From Flavobacteriaceae bacterium (GTDB lineage: Bacteria > Bacteroidota > Bacteroidia > Flavobacteriales > Flavobacteriaceae), in the NCBI GenBank assembly GCA_024638165.1, contig JAHEKV010000004.1, positions 160,703-224,702 on the forward strand: a stretch of 64,000 bases of DNA, written 5' to 3'. The position numbers were made by a program, and so were the translations under genes. This document shows positions 61,333 through 64,000 of this stretch, in pieces. The first letter of the stretch is position 1, and each line of letters begins with the position of its first letter. Under the pieces are notes generated by a model, which saw nothing but the letters and a program-made list of their open reading frames with translations, was not told the origin of the DNA and did no database searches.

Positions 61333-62379
61333 CGGGCTAAAATCAATTCGTAATTCGAATAATCTATCCCAGTTTTTGCCTGTTACAAAGAAGGTTTTAC
61401 GCTCTTTGTGATAGGCAATTCCATTTAGTACAGAATTGAGTGAGTCAAAAGCGTCGTCCTTGTCGATCAATTTTTTCAATGAACTCAGGTCAAGAACACC
61501 GAGGATCGCTCCGGTGTTTTTATCAATTATCATCACGCTATCTTTTTGGTAGACATTACTTAAGATAAGATCGCCGTACAATTCGAGTTCATTAGCATTT
61601 TTAAAGTATGAATTTTGAGAGCTGATGGTTAGATAGTCAACTTCTGAAGCATCTACTTTCGATAGTCTCCAGATCAATTCAGAGCCATCGCTCTTATAAA
61701 TGAAATCGTCATCGTGGGTGAGTCCCCAACCTTCTCTTGATCCTCTATATTCAAAGGATTGAATAGAATCGAAGTTTGATTTGTTTCGAATCGTTCCGTA
61801 TCCGTTCTGCCAGGTGAGATGAAAAAGTTGATCATCGACCAGGGTGATTCCTTCACCAAAAATGTCTTTACCCAGTTTTTTTATTTGGTCAATTTCCCCA
61901 GTAAACGGGTTATATCGAATAATAAGTGATTCGCCTAATCCTCCTGTGCTTTCGTACAACCAATCCCCGTCAAACTCTAAACCTTGAGTATAATAGTCGG
62001 TTGGGTGTTCAAAGGTATTTACAACTTCGGCCGCTATCTTTATCGGCTTTTCACGAGCATATACCGATAGGGTTATTGGTATTTCTTCTTCCTTATCATT
62101 AAAGGTGAAACGAGCGGTTAACTTTTGCTTTCCAATAGTTGTATTATCTGGTAATTGAAGTAAGCCTTTTGAATAATCAAGTCGTTGTTCATTCATGAAA
62201 AAGACGAGGGATTCATTATTAATTCTGGAATCGATATTCATCTTAATAACAGAACCTGGATAGATTTTCTCTCCTTTCTGAACACCTACTTGAGGTAGTT
62301 TCTCAATTTTCGATGCGCAACCAGCGAATAAAAAGGTGAAAACTAAGAACAGATGACGAATTTTTAAATATGCCTTCAT
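61318..62379 (-). CDS. beta-propeller (type I, plant/bacterial-like) glutaminyl-peptide cyclotransferase lipoprotein with extra N-terminal domain
   Basis: Lipobox [38 protein letters not shown] matches the glutamine cyclotransferase family as I recall it. A ~90-aa beta-rich N-terminal extension precedes it. Confidence 0.75.
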   Translation of the reverse strand: MKAYLKIRHLFLVFTFLFAGCASKIEKLPQVGVQKGEKIYPGSVIKMNIDSRINNESLVFFMNEQRLDYSKGLLQLPDNTTIGKQKLTARFTFNDKEEEIPITLSVYAREKPIKIAAEVVNTFEHPTDYYTQGLEFDGDWLYESTGGLGESLIIRYNPFTGEIDQIKKLGKDIFGEGITLVDDQLFHLTWQNGYGTIRNKSNFDSIQSFEYRGSREGWGLTHDDDFIYKSDGSELIWRLSKVDASEVDYLTISSQNSYFKNANELELYGDLILSNVYQKDSVMIIDKNTGAILGVLDLSSLKKLIDKDDAFDSLNSVLNGIAYHKERKTFFVTGKNWDRLFELRIDFSPLEIK

Positions 62380-62427
62380 AAGGTGAAAATACGTTAATGC
62401 GAAAATTGTGACAAATAGAAATAGGTT

Positions 62428-62435
62428 TATCTTTG
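62428..62435 (+). promoter_or_regulatory. -7 box TATCTTTG for the SRP RNA gene
   Basis: Ends 4 nt before the first base of the SRP RNA terminal helix. Confidence 0.5.
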
Positions 62436-62439
62436 CATC

Positions 62440-62532
62440 GGCAAGCGCTGCACGACCAGCTCCTGCAGAATCCCCCAGGGTGGGAACACAGCAAGGGTAT
62501 GTGGTTGTAGCGGTGCGATGTAGTTGCTTGCC
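62440..62532 (+). ncRNA. ffs: signal recognition particle RNA (small/4.5S type)
   Basis: A GC-rich island in AT-rich DNA. The terminal helix pairs GGCAAGC (62440..) with GCTTGCC (..62532). The apical part is CCCCCAGG-GUG-GGAA-CAC-AGCAAGGG, a GNAR tetraloop plus conserved AGG / AGCA loops. The 3' half, GCGATGTAGTTGCTTGCC, parallels E. coli 4.5S GGGAUGUAGCUGGCAGG. A -7 box lies upstream and a T-run follows. Confidence 0.85.
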
Positions 62533-62546
62533 TTTTTTCTTTTCTT

Positions 62547-63356
62547 ATGGCACAAGTTGCATTAATTACTGGAGCTTCTTCTGGAATTGGTAAGTCAATA
62601 GCCGAACATCTTTCGAATAAAGGTTTTATCGTTTATGGAACGGCTCGTGTACCAGAGAACTACCCAACACCAAAGGATTATTCATTAATTTCTTTAGATG
62701 TAACCGATTTAACAAGTATCAGGCAATGCGTGCAAGAACTGATAGACAAAGAGGGTAGGATAGATGTATTAATAAACAATGCGGGAAGGGGTATGACCGG
62801 TCCTGTGGAGGAGATCGATATCGATCAGGTTAAAGCTCTTTATGAGACCAACTATTTTGGTCCTGTTTCTATGATTCAAGAGGTCTTACCATTGATGAGA
62901 AAACAAAAAGCAGGCACGATTGTTAACGTAACTTCTATTGCAGGATTTATGGGGTTGCCTTTTAGAGCACATTACTCCTCTGTGAAATCTGCACTTTCTA
63001 TTCTGACGGAGGGTATTCGGCTAGAGGTAAAACCTTTCGGAGTATCGGTGTATTCATTGGCACCTGGTGATTTTGCAACAGACATTGCTAGCCGACGCTT
63101 TAATGCAGAATTATCGAAAGATTCTGCCTATCAAAATACCTACAAAAAGCAACTAGAACTCTTTGATGAGCATGTAGATACAGCCATGGATCCCATTGAG
63201 GTTGCCATTAAAATAGAAGAAATCATCACAAAGAAACCGAAGCGAATTCACTTTTTAGTTGCCAATAAATTGCAGCGATTATCGGTACTTTTGTTGAGGA
63301 AAGTATTGAGTCAAACTCAGTACGAAAAACTACTAGCTAACCATTACAACTTATAG
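62547..63356 (+). CDS. short-chain dehydrogenase/reductase
   Basis: Cofactor site TGASSGIG and catalytic YSSVK. Confidence 0.9.
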   Translation: MAQVALITGASSGIGKSIAEHLSNKGFIVYGTARVPENYPTPKDYSLISLDVTDLTSIRQCVQELIDKEGRIDVLINNAGRGMTGPVEEIDIDQVKALYETNYFGPVSMIQEVLPLMRKQKAGTIVNVTSIAGFMGLPFRAHYSSVKSALSILTEGIRLEVKPFGVSVYSLAPGDFATDIASRRFNAELSKDSAYQNTYKKQLELFDEHVDTAMDPIEVAIKIEEIITKKPKRIHFLVANKLQRLSVLLLRKVLSQTQYEKLLANHYNL

Positions 63357-63358
63357 TC

Positions 63359-64000
63359 ATGAAATTCTTTATAGACACTGCAAATCTCGATCAAATTCGT
63401 GAAGCCCAAAACTTAGGCATCATTGATGGAGTAACGACAAACCCTTCACTAATGGCCAAAGAGGGCATCTCTGGTGAATCGGCTATTTTAGATCACTACA
63501 AAGCCATTTGCGAAATTGTTGATGGAGATGTTTCAGCAGAGGTGATCTCAACTGATTTTGAAGGTATGGTTCGAGAAGGGGAAATTCTAGCAGACCTACA
63601 TCCGCAAATTGTGGTTAAAGTACCGATGATTAAAGAAGGACTTAAAGCGATTACCTACTTTTCTCAAAAGGGAATAAGAACAAACTGTACGCTTATTTTT
63701 TCGGTAGGCCAGGCCTTGTTAGCGGCAAAGGCAGGTGCAACTTATGTCTCGCCTTTTATTGGTAGACTTGATGATATCTCTACCGATGGTCTTCGACTTA
63801 TTGAGGACATTCGAAATATCTATGACAACTATGATTTTGAGACCGAAATTCTAGCAGCATCGGTTCGTCACCCAATGCATATTGTTGAATGTGCTCAAAT
63901 TGGTGCAGATGTAATGACCGGTCCATTATCAGCAATGCTTGCACTCCTAAATCACCCACTTACCGATAAAGGTTTAGCTACCTTTCTTGCAGATCACAAA
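63359..64000 (+). CDS. fsa: fructose-6-phosphate aldolase / TalC-type transaldolase family, last few codons beyond the window
   Basis: Absent from the ORF track because it is open at the edge. ATG 63359 reads [31 protein letters not shown]...VVKVPM...TNCTLIFS...[11 protein letters not shown]. Confidence 0.9.
   Translation, partial: MKFFIDTANLDQIREAQNLGIIDGVTTNPSLMAKEGISGESAILDHYKAICEIVDGDVSAEVISTDFEGMVREGEILADLHPQIVVKVPMIKEGLKAITYFSQKGIRTNCTLIFSVGQALLAAKAGATYVSPFIGRLDDISTDGLRLIEDIRNIYDNYDFETEILAASVRHPMHIVECAQIGADVMTGPLSAMLALLNHPLTDKGLATFLADHK

Noticed and set aside
62303-62593. Two ORF-track ORFs (62303..62494 minus, 62408..62593 plus) in the glutaminyl cyclase-SDR spacer.
   Set aside because: They are explained by the GC-rich SRP RNA gene, which is stop-codon poor, and by in-frame run-in to neighbouring genes.

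Overview
Gene-dense, AT-rich chromosomal core region with almost no non-coding DNA. It looks like a Bacteroidota genome, probably Flavobacteriia-type. Three things support that: the gene orders dapA-bamD-rpoZ-coaBC-DUF4835-recN and rpsF-rpsR-rplI; TAnnTTTG '-7' promoter boxes a short distance upstream of many start codons, with no Shine-Dalgarno-like tracts; and Gln at +1 of every predicted signal-peptidase-I site. I call 65 protein-coding genes. Two are cut by the window edges and missing from the ORF track: gnd at the left and an fsa/tal-type aldolase at the right. There is one ncRNA, the SRP RNA at 62440..62532, also invisible to the ORF track. I also call a set of promoter boxes and four intrinsic terminators. 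I saw no tRNA, rRNA, CRISPR array, transposase, integrase, phage gene or toxin-antitoxin pair, and no long repeats. The content is housekeeping: oxidative pentose phosphate genes at both ends, dnaA, priA, ligA, recN, ribosomal proteins, hisS, clpB, glyA, and Lys, CoA, riboflavin and Ser biosynthesis. I do not see a convincing new multi-gene system, and the window reads as core genome rather than an accessory island. The leads most worth a second look are: (1) an ECF sigma / membrane anti-sigma-like / two DUF4252-like exported proteins operon with an ECF-type promoter overlapping a divergent promoter; (2) a DnaQ-type exonuclease fused to a GIY-YIG (Cho/UvrC-like) module whose catalytic Tyr and Arg positions are substituted; (3) a SerB-like HAD phosphatase fused to SerA; (4) a beta-propeller glutaminyl cyclase lipoprotein together with 4/4 Gln+1 signal peptides; (5) five convergent gene pairs whose 3' ends overlap; (6) an SDR gene starting 14 nt after the SRP RNA. 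All protein family calls rest on motif recognition by eye. No database search was run.
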